Source: Thermoanaerobaculia bacterium (lineage in GTDB: Bacteria > Acidobacteriota > Thermoanaerobaculia > UBA5066). Taken from it: a stretch of 64,000 nucleotides of DNA. A program made the translations under genes and the position numbers. Shown here piece by piece: positions 18,837-28,348 of this stretch (position 1 is the first letter of the stretch; each line of letters opens with the position of its first letter). The stretch is taken from assembly GCA_963816185.1 (NCBI GenBank), contig CAWFJJ010000025.1:1-64000 (forward strand), in the 5' to 3' direction. Under the pieces are notes generated by a model. It was not told the origin of the DNA. It worked only from the letters and a program-made list of their open reading frames with translations, and made no database searches.

Positions 18837-19921
18837 CGAAACAGCTTCTTGCGGTTCCGGATGTAGTCGCGGAACACGAACGACGCGAGATCGGTGGGGG
18901 AGGCGTAGTACGCCCGCCCCCGCGCGACCTTCGTCAGCGTGTCGACGAAGTCCACGAGCGCGGGGTCCGTCGCGATCATGAACGTCGTGAGCTGGATGCC
19001 GTCGCGCCGCAGCTTCTCGGCCTCCTCGAGCGTGCGGTTCACGATCTTCAGGTCGAGGCCGAACGGGTTCTTGTAGAGGCGCCCGCCCTCGTTGATGCAG
19101 GACGGCTTGCCGTCGGTGATCATGAAGATCTGGCGGTTGCGCGAGCGGCGCCGCATGAGGAGCTGCCGCGAGACTCCGAGCCCGGCCTTCGTGTTCGTGT
19201 GGAACGGCCCGACTTGTGCCTTGCTGAGCTCTTCGAGCGGGACGGGCCTCGCCTCGTCGCCGAAGAGGACGATGTCGATCGTGTCCTTCGGGTATTTCTG
19301 GAGGATCAGCTCGGTCAGCGCGAGCGCGACCTTCTTCGCGGGCGTGAACCGATCTTCGCCGTAGAGGATCATCGAATGCGAGACGTCGATCGCGATCGCT
19401 GTCGCGCAGGCGCTCTGGTGCTCGACGTCGAAGACTTCGAAGTCGTCCGGCCGGAGCGCGAGGTCGTCGGGATCGCGCCGCGCCGCGTTCGCCACCGTGC
19501 GAATGCCGTCGAGGCGCGCGACGTCGTCGCCGAACTCGTACGGGCGCGTCTCGGGCAGCGTCTCCGAGCCGGTGCCGGCGTTCGAGATCGAGTGAAGACC
19601 GGGCCCCGCTTTCTGAAGCGAGCTGAAGATCTCCTCGAGCGCATTGCGGCGGATGCGGCGTTCGCCGGAACCGAGGAGCACGAGGTTCCCCTCGCCGTCG
19701 CGCCCGACGATGCCCTGCTTCTCGAGCGCGGCGCGAAATGCCTCGAGGTCGACGTTCTGCCCGATGATTCCACGCCTTTGAAGCTCCTTCATCCACTGCA
19801 TCGCCTGCTCCACGTCGCCGCCGAGACGCGAGACGAGGTCGAGGAAGAGCTTCAGCAGCTCCTCGTACGTCAGGAGGGACTGGAGGAGATCGAGCGGCAG
19901 CTCGCCGTACCGGTAATCCAC
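18833..19921 (-). CDS. VWA domain protein (chelatase-like ATPase partner family)
   Basis: MIDAS motifs DVSHSM, HTNT, MITDGKPS; RPYEFGD. Confidence 0.88.
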   Translation of the reverse strand: MDYRYGELPLDLLQSLLTYEELLKLFLDLVSRLGGDVEQAMQWMKELQRRGIIGQNVDLEAFRAALEKQGIVGRDGEGNLVLLGSGERRIRRNALEEIFSSLQKAGPGLHSISNAGTGSETLPETRPYEFGDDVARLDGIRTVANAARRDPDDLALRPDDFEVFDVEHQSACATAIAIDVSHSMILYGEDRFTPAKKVALALTELILQKYPKDTIDIVLFGDEARPVPLEELSKAQVGPFHTNTKAGLGVSRQLLMRRRSRNRQIFMITDGKPSCINEGGRLYKNPFGLDLKIVNRTLEEAEKLRRDGIQLTTFMIATDPALVDFVDTLTKVARGRAYYASPTDLASFVFRDYIRNRKKLFR

Positions 19922-19925
19922 GCGC

Positions 19926-21359
19926 TCATGCTACGGCAGGTCGGCGAAACCCTCGAAGGGCCTTCCCGAGGGCCATCGCGAAGAGAACGAAGACCGGCAG
20001 CGAGACCTGGCAGAGGAATCTATTCCAGGTCTTCGGAACGAGGTCCTCCGGTCCCCATGAGCTCGCGCCATAGGCCGCGAGGTAGACGCAAAAGGCTCCC
20101 GTGATCGCGTAGGCGAAGAGGCGCGCCAGAGGGTGCGTGAAGGCCCGGGCTCCGAGGACGAAAACGGCCGGCACGACCCACCAGAAGCCGCTCCAGATCT
20201 CTGGTCTTGCCATCTCGCGGCCAACGAGATTGAGCGCGACGGGGAGGCGCGCCACCGTGCCCGCGATGACCCCCCGCAGCGTGACCTCGTCCCAGGTCTC
20301 GGAGTATCGGTTTGGAATGCCGGCCCGCCAGGACACGTCCAGCGCTGCGGTGAAGAGAAAGACAGCCAGAGAGCCGCCGGCAGCGCGCACATGTTCCGGG
20401 CGCCACGGAAGCCTCCGGCGCCGCCGTGCGATGACCCTGCGGGCCGCGCGCAAGAAGATGATCGCCACGACGACGGCCGCGAGCAGCAGCCCTTCGGCCT
20501 TGGCGAGCGCCGCTCCCGCCAGGAGAATCCCGCCCGCGAGAGCTTCGGGTAGCCTCCAGGGCGCACGAAACGTCAGGATGAGCCCGCCTCCCCAAAAAAG
20601 CCCCATCGGGAGATCGCTGTAAGACGTGATCGCGCCGCTGCCCACGTCGAACGCGACGGCCGGAAGGAGCGTAACGGCGAACGCTGTGAGCGCGGCGGGA
20701 AGCGTTCCGGCGAAAGGCTGTGCCACGTCGAAGACGAGGAGGAGCAGCACGGGCAAGAGAAGGGCGTAGAGCGGGCGAGGGATGCGCTCGTCGTCGTCCG
20801 TGTCGAAGACTTCCTCCGACGCCACCTGCAGAACGGGAAGGAGGAGAGGATATCGGGGATTCTGCAAGTAGACGCTCGCGTCCAGGAGAGCCGGCGGGTC
20901 CACGGTGCGGGCGGCGCGCACATACGCCGCGGCAGGATTCCACGTCATCCGCGGATCGAAGCCGGATTCGACGCCCGAAAGTGCATGCGAGAGGACGGCC
21001 AGTGAAACGAGTGCTCCAGCGGCCGCCGCGACGGTGCACGCGGCCTGTTCAATCCAGGACGCGCGAACGTGCGGGCGTTCTCTTTCACCGCGGACGAAAC
21101 GACCGCGCCAGGCCGCGAGGACGATCGGGGCAGCGCAAACGGTCAGGATCGTTCCGCGCCGAAGATCGAAGCCTCCCCAGTGGCTGAGCGTGTAGAGCGA
21201 AACGCCGACGTATGCGAGACCGAGGAGATACGCCCATGCGAGGCGCCGCCCGAGCGGTTTCCTGCGCAGGGAAGGCACGAAAGCGGTCAACGCAAACCCG
21301 CAGGAAGAAAACAACGCGACCGATCCTAGCGACGCGACGATCCGCGCGGCCGTGCTCAC
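19926..21359 (-). CDS. Polytopic membrane protein, GT-C/ArnT-PMT-like glycosyltransferase
   Basis: Many TM segments; D.RMTW, PRYPLLLP, YSDLP, KAEG motifs. Confidence 0.65.
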   Translation of the reverse strand: MSTAARIVASLGSVALFSSCGFALTAFVPSLRRKPLGRRLAWAYLLGLAYVGVSLYTLSHWGGFDLRRGTILTVCAAPIVLAAWRGRFVRGERERPHVRASWIEQAACTVAAAAGALVSLAVLSHALSGVESGFDPRMTWNPAAAYVRAARTVDPPALLDASVYLQNPRYPLLLPVLQVASEEVFDTDDDERIPRPLYALLLPVLLLLVFDVAQPFAGTLPAALTAFAVTLLPAVAFDVGSGAITSYSDLPMGLFWGGGLILTFRAPWRLPEALAGGILLAGAALAKAEGLLLAAVVVAIIFLRAARRVIARRRRRLPWRPEHVRAAGGSLAVFLFTAALDVSWRAGIPNRYSETWDEVTLRGVIAGTVARLPVALNLVGREMARPEIWSGFWWVVPAVFVLGARAFTHPLARLFAYAITGAFCVYLAAYGASSWGPEDLVPKTWNRFLCQVSLPVFVLFAMALGKALRGFRRPAVA

Positions 21360-21817
21360 GGTGTTTTCGGACCCTTGAGGAAACGGCGGGGATCCACGAG
21401 GGCGGGAGGCCCGTCAGGCTGCCAGGCGAGGACGACGAAGGGTGACGGCTTCTCCGAGAGAACGCGCGTCAGAGCCGCTTGGTCGATCGACGACACGTGC
21501 CCGAGATAGCGCGCCGGCCGCGGCGCGAGGGCGCTGCGGACGAAGTATCCGTAGGCCGGGTTCTCGTTCCCATCCACGAGCCAATACGAGCCGTCAGGCG
21601 GGATGGCGGCCGCGATCGCATCGATGCCGCGCATGAAGCGTGGGCCGTAGATCACGCGCCGCGCGACGGGAAGCGGGTCGGAAACGTGCGCAGCGCCGAA
21701 CGCGAGGTTCTTGACGACGAGCTTCCATTGGCGCGGTGCGGCGGCAGCGCAGAAAATCGCCAGGGCAAGTGCGGCCAATAGGGTCACGGCGCGGCCGTCG
21801 AGGAGCCTCGAACGCAT
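21356..21817 (-). CDS. Hypothetical membrane-anchored protein
   Basis: N-terminal hydrophobic segment; 4-nt overlap with the downstream gene. Confidence 0.55.
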   Translation of the reverse strand: MRSRLLDGRAVTLLAALALAIFCAAAAPRQWKLVVKNLAFGAAHVSDPLPVARRVIYGPRFMRGIDAIAAAIPPDGSYWLVDGNENPAYGYFVRSALAPRPARYLGHVSSIDQAALTRVLSEKPSPFVVLAWQPDGPPALVDPRRFLKGPKTP

Positions 21818-21842
21818 GCGCGAATGCTATCTTCGAACGCGG

Positions 21843-23408
21843 ATGGCAACACGGCACGACGATCTTTCCCGCATGCGCAGCGACTGGGACCGGCGCGCGG
21901 CGGAGGATCACAAGCTCCATATCGCGACCGGGCACGCGGGCAGCGAGGAGACGTTTCGCGCCTCGGGCGAGCAGGACCTCGAGGGGATCGTGCTCGACGG
22001 CGTCGTGCTCGAGCCGTCCGCCGAAGTGCTCGAGATCGGATGCGGCGTCGGACGCCTTCTCGTTCCGCTCGCCAAGCGCGTGACGGTCGCGCACGGCGTG
22101 GACATCTCGCCCGTCATGATCGAGAAGTCGAAGGGCTACGCGGCGGATACGCCAAACGTGAAGACCACGCTCACGGATGGCACCCTCGCGTACCTGACGG
22201 ATACCTCCCTCGATTTCGTCTTCTCTTTCATCGTGTTCCAGCACATTCCGGATCGCGCGCCGATCCGTCGTTACATAGAAGAGGCCGCGCGCGTCTTGAA
22301 ACCGGGAGGAGTGTTTCGTTTTCAGGTGGACGGACGATGGTGGTGGAAGCACCCGAGAGGCGGCCCCGACACGTATCAGGGCGTCAAGTTCTCGCCGAAG
22401 GACGTTCGCAAGCTGCTCGCGGGAACACCGTTCGCCGTCGTGGACGAATGGGGAGCCGAGGGCCATTACCACTGGATCACGGCGCGCAAAGCCGGCACGG
22501 GCTCGGCCGCGTCGGTCCGGCCCCGGGGATGGGACGTACCCCTTTTCGCGTCCCTCCTTCGTCGCCTCGGTTCGAGAAGTCCGGAAAAGGACGCTGCGAA
22601 GATCCGGGATCGGGTCAAATCACTACGGCCCTACCTTCGCGCACTCGAGCGGAGGCTTTCCGCGGCGGATCCGGCCACGTTCGTCTGCGAGGCGTATCGC
22701 GCTCTCCTCGGGATTGCGGTCGACGACGCAGGGCGCGCTTTCCATCTCTCGATCCTCGAGAAGGGATTCGAGGACCGCGCCGCGATGCTCGACACCATCA
22801 CGACCTCCCGCGGCTTTCTGGATCTCTACCGCCCGTTCGTGCCCGAGATCCCCTGGTTTATGGCGTGCGAAATCTCCATGCATCTCGGAGAAGCGCCACG
22901 GACGGGGGATTTCTTCGAGCTGACGAAAGCGGTGGCCTCCCGGCTCGAGGGACTTCCTGCCCCGGACATGGTCGCCTTCGCCTTCAAGGCAATTCTGGGT
23001 TTCGAGGCCGATGAGGAGGCGATCCGACATCATCGATCGCTCGTCGAGAACCATCCCGACGGACGTTGGCTGCTCGTCCGGGGACTGCTCTCGAGCTGGA
23101 AGCTCCCGGCTCCGCCGGCCGCAACGGTCCCGGGTGCCGCGCTTCTCCCGGGGGAATCGGCGCCGGGCGAAGCGGCCCGCGCCAAAGAGATACTCGACGA
23201 AGGACGTGGATGCGAAGACCGCGCCTTCGTCCGCCTTGCGTACGAGCGGGTTTTAGGAAGGGCTGCGGACGCCGATGGAGAGGCGTTTTACCTTGGCAAG
23301 CTCTCGCAGGCCAAGCTTTCCCGCCCGGGCCTTCTTTGCGAGCTTCTCTGGAGCGAGGAAGGCCGCGCTCGGTGGGGGCACCCGGCTTCGGTGTCATCGA
23401 GCTCCTGA
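21843..23408 (+). CDS. Class I SAM methyltransferase with C-terminal DUF4214-like repeats
   Basis: VLEIGCGVG, GVDIS, FSFIVFQH, VLKPGG; FV..AY...LGR..D..G repeats. Confidence 0.8.
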   Translation: MATRHDDLSRMRSDWDRRAAEDHKLHIATGHAGSEETFRASGEQDLEGIVLDGVVLEPSAEVLEIGCGVGRLLVPLAKRVTVAHGVDISPVMIEKSKGYAADTPNVKTTLTDGTLAYLTDTSLDFVFSFIVFQHIPDRAPIRRYIEEAARVLKPGGVFRFQVDGRWWWKHPRGGPDTYQGVKFSPKDVRKLLAGTPFAVVDEWGAEGHYHWITARKAGTGSAASVRPRGWDVPLFASLLRRLGSRSPEKDAAKIRDRVKSLRPYLRALERRLSAADPATFVCEAYRALLGIAVDDAGRAFHLSILEKGFEDRAAMLDTITTSRGFLDLYRPFVPEIPWFMACEISMHLGEAPRTGDFFELTKAVASRLEGLPAPDMVAFAFKAILGFEADEEAIRHHRSLVENHPDGRWLLVRGLLSSWKLPAPPAATVPGAALLPGESAPGEAARAKEILDEGRGCEDRAFVRLAYERVLGRAADADGEAFYLGKLSQAKLSRPGLLCELLWSEEGRARWGHPASVSSSS

Positions 23409-23498
23409 CGGCGCTTCGAGGGCGCCCTGGGCACGCCTGGGCTGGTCGAATCTTCTCGGGGTGGAACCATGAGTGTTCGCCGAACGAGGCGCGCCGAT

Positions 23499-25544
23499 CT
23501 ATGGCGCCCTCTTCCAGATGAACTTCCGTGACGGATAGTGGCGCACGCGATCGAGAGGGCCACGGAAGACGACCGAGAGCTCGTGCTCGCCCTCATCTCC
23601 AGGTTGGAAGGTGAAGATGTGCTCGTAGCCGGCGGTCGAGCAGTCTCCCAGGTACGGGAGCACCGCCTGCACGTCGGTCCTCGGGAAGCGCGACTGGTGG
23701 AGCGGGACGCGAGGCGCCCCGTCGATGAGCACTGTAACGCCGAGGTCGCGGCCCGGAATGCGCGCCCAGCCGCGGACGGCGAGGTCGCCGGTCACGGTCG
23801 CGTTCTCGGCCGGCCCGTCGATCGAGCCGGTGAGCTCGACCCATTCCGTTCCCGCGGACTCTCCCGGTTCGTTTGCTGCGAACGCGCTCTCCAGCGGCTT
23901 CGCGTCGGGCTCGATCTTGACGACGCCGTACAGATCGTCGTCGGGAAAGAAATGGCGCACGTGGAGGAGCCGGTGCGATGCGATTCCGGCTTCGACGAGC
24001 TTCGCCGCGGCCGTCTTCTGCTCTGGCGTCATGCGCAGCGGCCTCACCGTGACGTACGAGACGGGCACGGCCTCGAGCGCGTCGAGGAGCTCCGTCGTCT
24101 TTCCCTTCAGGAGAAGGTCGTGCAGGTTCTGCGGGATCGGCATCTGGAAGCCCGAGTAGCCATTCACGAGAGGCTTCCAGTGGTCGGCCGCGCGGAGCAC
24201 GTGGAGCGTGTTCGTCTCACCGAACTCGTCCGGCAGCTCGTAGAGGCCGCCCGCCATGGGTGTCTTTTCGAGGAACTGCGTGAGCGGGTCCGGGTCGGGC
24301 TCTCCGCGATGGAGGTAGAGCGGCGCGACGCGGTCCTCGAAAAGCAGCGCTCCGCAGAGGCACACTGCGATGCCGAGACCAAATACCTTCGACCGGCGCC
24401 GCGACCACTCCTCGACGAGAGCCGCGGCGCCGACGCCCGCGAGAACGGCGAGGCCCAGGTCGGCCACCATCGCCCAGCGCACGGGTGCGCGGATCGCTTG
24501 AAAAGGCGGGAGCAGATGGAAAAGCAGCCAATGAAAAGGGGTCGACATGCCGAAGGACCCCACGAAGCCGAGCCCGGCGAAAAGAAGGCCGGCGGTACCT
24601 GCGTCGGAGCGCCGCGCGAGGAATAACAGAAATCCGATCAGCGCCAGCGTGAGGAGCAGGAATCCAGGGAAAAGGCAGAACTCGCCGCGGGGCGGTCTCT
24701 CTCCCATGCCATGCCAGAGTTTCAGGTTCCAGTCGGGGGTGAGCCAATGGATCGGCCGCGCCGAGTAGAACGCCGCCTCTCCGGACCCGCGCACGAGCCC
24801 GTACAGCGATCGGGCGCGCTGATACGGCAGAAAAAAAGGCACGAGGGCAAGCGAGGCAAGGCCCACGGTAATCACGGCCCGGCCCCATGCGCGCCGCGCG
24901 GCGGGAGCGTCCTCGAAGAAGAGGAGCGCCGCCATGACGGCCGTGGGAACCGAACCCAGGAGGAACCAGTGGATGCTCGAGACGCCGCTCATGAAGAATG
25001 CAACGCCGAGCCAGATCGCCCGCGGGCACGAGCGGCGGCGCGCGAAGAGGACGACGGCCTCGGCGAGGAGCGGCATCCAGACCGCGAAGACGTAGGGGAG
25101 ATGCGGAATGTGGTGGAAACGATACGGGACGAACGCAAACGCGACCCCGGCGACCCAGGCCCCCGCCGTCGAACCTGTGAGTGTGCGCGCGAGTCGGAAC
25201 GCTCCGTAGCCCGAGAATGCGAAACCGAAGAGCATCGCCAAACCGTGCACGGTGAGCGGAGGAAGCCCGGCGGCAAAGGCTGGAAAGAAAAGAAGGGCGA
25301 TGCCCCACTCGTGCTCGGAAAACGCGAGCGTGTACCGGTAAGGGAAGAAGTTGTTCGAGTCGAACAGGTGGAGCGGATCGTGAAACGTCTGGTGAAAATC
25401 CCACGCCAGGGTCCAGGAGTTCAGGTACGAATCACCCGGGTCGTACGACGTGTCGCGCATGTGCGCCGCCCACGGCCACGTCATGACGACAGTCAGGGCG
25501 ACGAAGGCCAGAAGGACGCAGGCGTCGCGCGACGCGCGCTTCAC
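23499..25544 (-). CDS. GT-C/YfhO-like membrane protein with C-terminal Ig-like domain, paralogue B
   Basis: GTG 25544 overlapping paralogue A stop; TWP..DPGD.YL..W.LAW, F.SNNFFP...LAFSEH, VNGYSGF; C-terminal GSIDGP..VRGWA. Confidence 0.8.
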   Translation of the reverse strand: MKRASRDACVLLAFVALTVVMTWPWAAHMRDTSYDPGDSYLNSWTLAWDFHQTFHDPLHLFDSNNFFPYRYTLAFSEHEWGIALLFFPAFAAGLPPLTVHGLAMLFGFAFSGYGAFRLARTLTGSTAGAWVAGVAFAFVPYRFHHIPHLPYVFAVWMPLLAEAVVLFARRRSCPRAIWLGVAFFMSGVSSIHWFLLGSVPTAVMAALLFFEDAPAARRAWGRAVITVGLASLALVPFFLPYQRARSLYGLVRGSGEAAFYSARPIHWLTPDWNLKLWHGMGERPPRGEFCLFPGFLLLTLALIGFLLFLARRSDAGTAGLLFAGLGFVGSFGMSTPFHWLLFHLLPPFQAIRAPVRWAMVADLGLAVLAGVGAAALVEEWSRRRSKVFGLGIAVCLCGALLFEDRVAPLYLHRGEPDPDPLTQFLEKTPMAGGLYELPDEFGETNTLHVLRAADHWKPLVNGYSGFQMPIPQNLHDLLLKGKTTELLDALEAVPVSYVTVRPLRMTPEQKTAAAKLVEAGIASHRLLHVRHFFPDDDLYGVVKIEPDAKPLESAFAANEPGESAGTEWVELTGSIDGPAENATVTGDLAVRGWARIPGRDLGVTVLIDGAPRVPLHQSRFPRTDVQAVLPYLGDCSTAGYEHIFTFQPGDEGEHELSVVFRGPLDRVRHYPSRKFIWKRAP
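24318..25259. repeat. 942-bp direct repeat, copy 1
   Basis: Matches 26379-27320 at offset 2061; no mismatch seen by eye. Confidence 0.9.
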
Positions 25545-27605
25545 GGTTTCCAGACGAATCTCCGCGGCGGGTAGTGGCGCTGCCGGCCGTCGGATGCCCG
25601 GAACAGCACTTGGATCTCGTGCGTGCCTTCGTCCCCCTGCTCGAACGCGTACGTCGCCTCGTAGCCGGCCGTCCGGCAATCCCCGACGGACGGCAGGACG
25701 GCCTGGACGTCGGGACGTGGCACGCGCGCGCCCGCGATGAATCTTCGCTGTTCTCCGTCGATCGTGACGGTGACGTGAAGGTCCTCGCCGCTGATGCGGG
25801 CCCAGCCGCGCACCGTGAGCAGACCCGTGACGACGGCGCCCTCGGCGGGTTCGTCGATGGAGCCGCCGAGAGTCGGATCCTCGCGGTAGAGCATTTGGGG
25901 GGGAAAGGGCCCGCCCGTCGGGGTCCACGGCAGCGGGTCGAGCTGCTTCGCGTCCGGCTCGTTCTTGACGACGGCATAAAGGTCGTTCTTGACGCGGCCG
26001 TCGAAGCGACTCGACAAACCTCAGGCGTCCCGCGGACATTCCCCGCGCGAGCCACTCGTGGTGCGAGCCGCGCAGCTCGGGCGAGAGCCACGAGTCGCGC
26101 ACGAGGATGTAGGACGTCGGAATCTTCTCGAGGAAGTCGAGGAGCTCGTCGGGAATCGGGACTTTCCGCTCGTCGTCCTCGATGCGGCTCACGATCGGCG
26201 ACGAGAAGCCCGAGACCGCCGTGATGAGGGGCTTTCCGTGATCCGCAGCGCGGAGCACGGCCCGGTAATTCCCATGGTCCTCGGTGCCCGACGGCAGCTC
26301 GACGAGGCCGCCTTTCATGGGCGTCTTCGCGAGGAAGAGAGTCGCCTCGTCGGGATCCGCCTCGCCGCGGATGAGCTCGAGCGGCGCGACGCGGTCCTCG
26401 AAAAGCAGCGCTCCGCAGAGGCACACTGCGATGCCGAGACCAAATACCTTCGACCGGCGCCGCGACCACTCCTCGACGAGAGCCGCGGCGCCGACGCCCG
26501 CGAGAACGGCGAGGCCCAGGTCGGCCACCATCGCCCAGCGCACGGGTGCGCGGATCGCTTGAAAAGGCGGGAGCAGATGGAAAAGCAGCCAATGAAAAGG
26601 GGTCGACATGCCGAAGGACCCCACGAAGCCGAGCCCGGCGAAAAGAAGGCCGGCGGTACCTGCGTCGGAGCGCCGCGCGAGGAATAACAGAAATCCGATC
26701 AGCGCCAGCGTGAGGAGCAGGAATCCAGGGAAAAGGCAGAACTCGCCGCGGGGCGGTCTCTCTCCCATGCCATGCCAGAGTTTCAGGTTCCAGTCGGGGG
26801 TGAGCCAATGGATCGGCCGCGCCGAGTAGAACGCCGCCTCTCCGGACCCGCGCACGAGCCCGTACAGCGATCGGGCGCGCTGATACGGCAGAAAAAAAGG
26901 CACGAGGGCAAGCGAGGCAAGGCCCACGGTAATCACGGCCCGGCCCCATGCGCGCCGCGCGGCGGGAGCGTCCTCGAAGAAGAGGAGCGCCGCCATGACG
27001 GCCGTGGGAACCGAACCCAGGAGGAACCAGTGGATGCTCGAGACGCCGCTCATGAAGAATGCAACGCCGAGCCAGATCGCCCGCGGGCACGAGCGGCGGC
27101 GCGCGAAGAGGACGACGGCCTCGGCGAGGAGCGGCATCCAGACCGCGAAGACGTAGGGGAGATGCGGAATGTGGTGGAAACGATACGGGACGAACGCAAA
27201 CGCGACCCCGGCGACCCAGGCCCCCGCCGTCGAACCTGTGAGTGTGCGCGCGAGTCGGAACGCTCCGTAGCCCGAGAATGCGAAACCGAAGAGCATCGCC
27301 AAACCGTGCACGGTGAGCGGGCGCATGCCGAGCGCGAGGAACGGAAAGAAGAGCAGAGCAATGCCGTAGTTGTGCTCGCTGAACGCGAGGCTGTACTTCA
27401 TCGGGAAGAAGATGTTGCCGTCGAAGAGGTGGAGCGGATCGTGAAACGTCTGGTGAAAATCCCACCAGAGAGTCCACGATACGAGATAGGGATCCCCGGT
27501 GTCCGAGCAGGAGTCGCGCACATGGAGAACCCACGGCCACGTCATGACGACCGTGAGACCGAGAAACGCGAGGCACACGAGCGCCTCGCGTCCGAGCACG
27601 CGCAT
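25541..27605 (-). pseudogene. GT-C/YfhO-like membrane protein, paralogue A, with one frameshift near 26012 (possible sequencing error)
   Basis: MRVLGREAL start; homology continues in ORF 25541..26017 (SRFDG...GSIDEP..VRGWA). Confidence 0.75.
26379..27320. repeat. 942-bp direct repeat, copy 2
   Basis: Matches 24318-25259. Confidence 0.9.
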
Positions 27606-27680
27606 GCGGATCCTGGATTCGGCGGGCACGGACCGGATGATATCGGCGCGGGTCGGGACGCGTATGCTTCGCACGTCTTC

Positions 27681-28340
27681 ATGTCCGCGAGCCCCGCGTC
27701 CCGCAGGGAGAGGGCCTTTGTGGCCGCCGCGTTCGCCGTCCTCGCGCTCTACCTTCTCCTCCGCGAACTCGGCTCGCGCCGCGCCTGGGCGCTCGTTGGC
27801 GCGCTCTTTTACGCGCTGACGCCGTCCGTTGGCTGCACGGCGTGTGGCCGCTGTCCGACGGGCCGGGGGCGGCTGCGGCGTTCTTCGCCGCGGTGTTCCT
27901 CGTCCTTGCCGTCCTCGCAGGCGCTCTTCTCTCCACCCTGATCTGGGTACCCGTCTTCCAAACCTCGGGCGGGTTCGCCTCCTGGAGGAACCGGCTCGAC
28001 GAGCAGATGCAATACGTGACGCAGCTCGACAGCCCGAAGGCGCGGGACGTCGCACGGCTGCTGTTCTGGAAGCGCGGGTCGATCTCCCGGAGGGAGCGGT
28101 GTTTTCAGTCTACGCCGCGAGCCCCGCGGACGTCGCGTTCATCGCGGGCGCGGCCGGCGGGTTGGCGGAGCTCGACATCCAGACCGTGAACGGCTCTCGT
28201 GCGGGCGCCGTGGAGCCCGGCCGCGACGAGGGCGGCCCCCGGCCGCCACGTCCTCACCGTGACGTTCCAGGCCGGCGACCGCCGCCGCGTCTACCCGCCA
28301 CGGACGATCGAGATCGTCGCGGCGAGCCCGGCGCGCTGAC
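27681..28340 (+). pseudogene. Fragments of a degraded YfhO/GT-C-like membrane protein gene
   Basis: Hydrophobic pieces in several frames (LYLLLRELGSRRAWALVGALFYALTP; FFAAVFLVLAVLAGALLSTLIWVP) with no continuous ORF. Confidence 0.4.
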
Positions 28341-28348
28341 GACCGCGC

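Noticed and set aside
23499-28055. 1518-aa giant ORF
   Set aside because: Product of the frameshift near 26012, which joins paralogue A to paralogue B through an out-of-frame Arg-rich stretch
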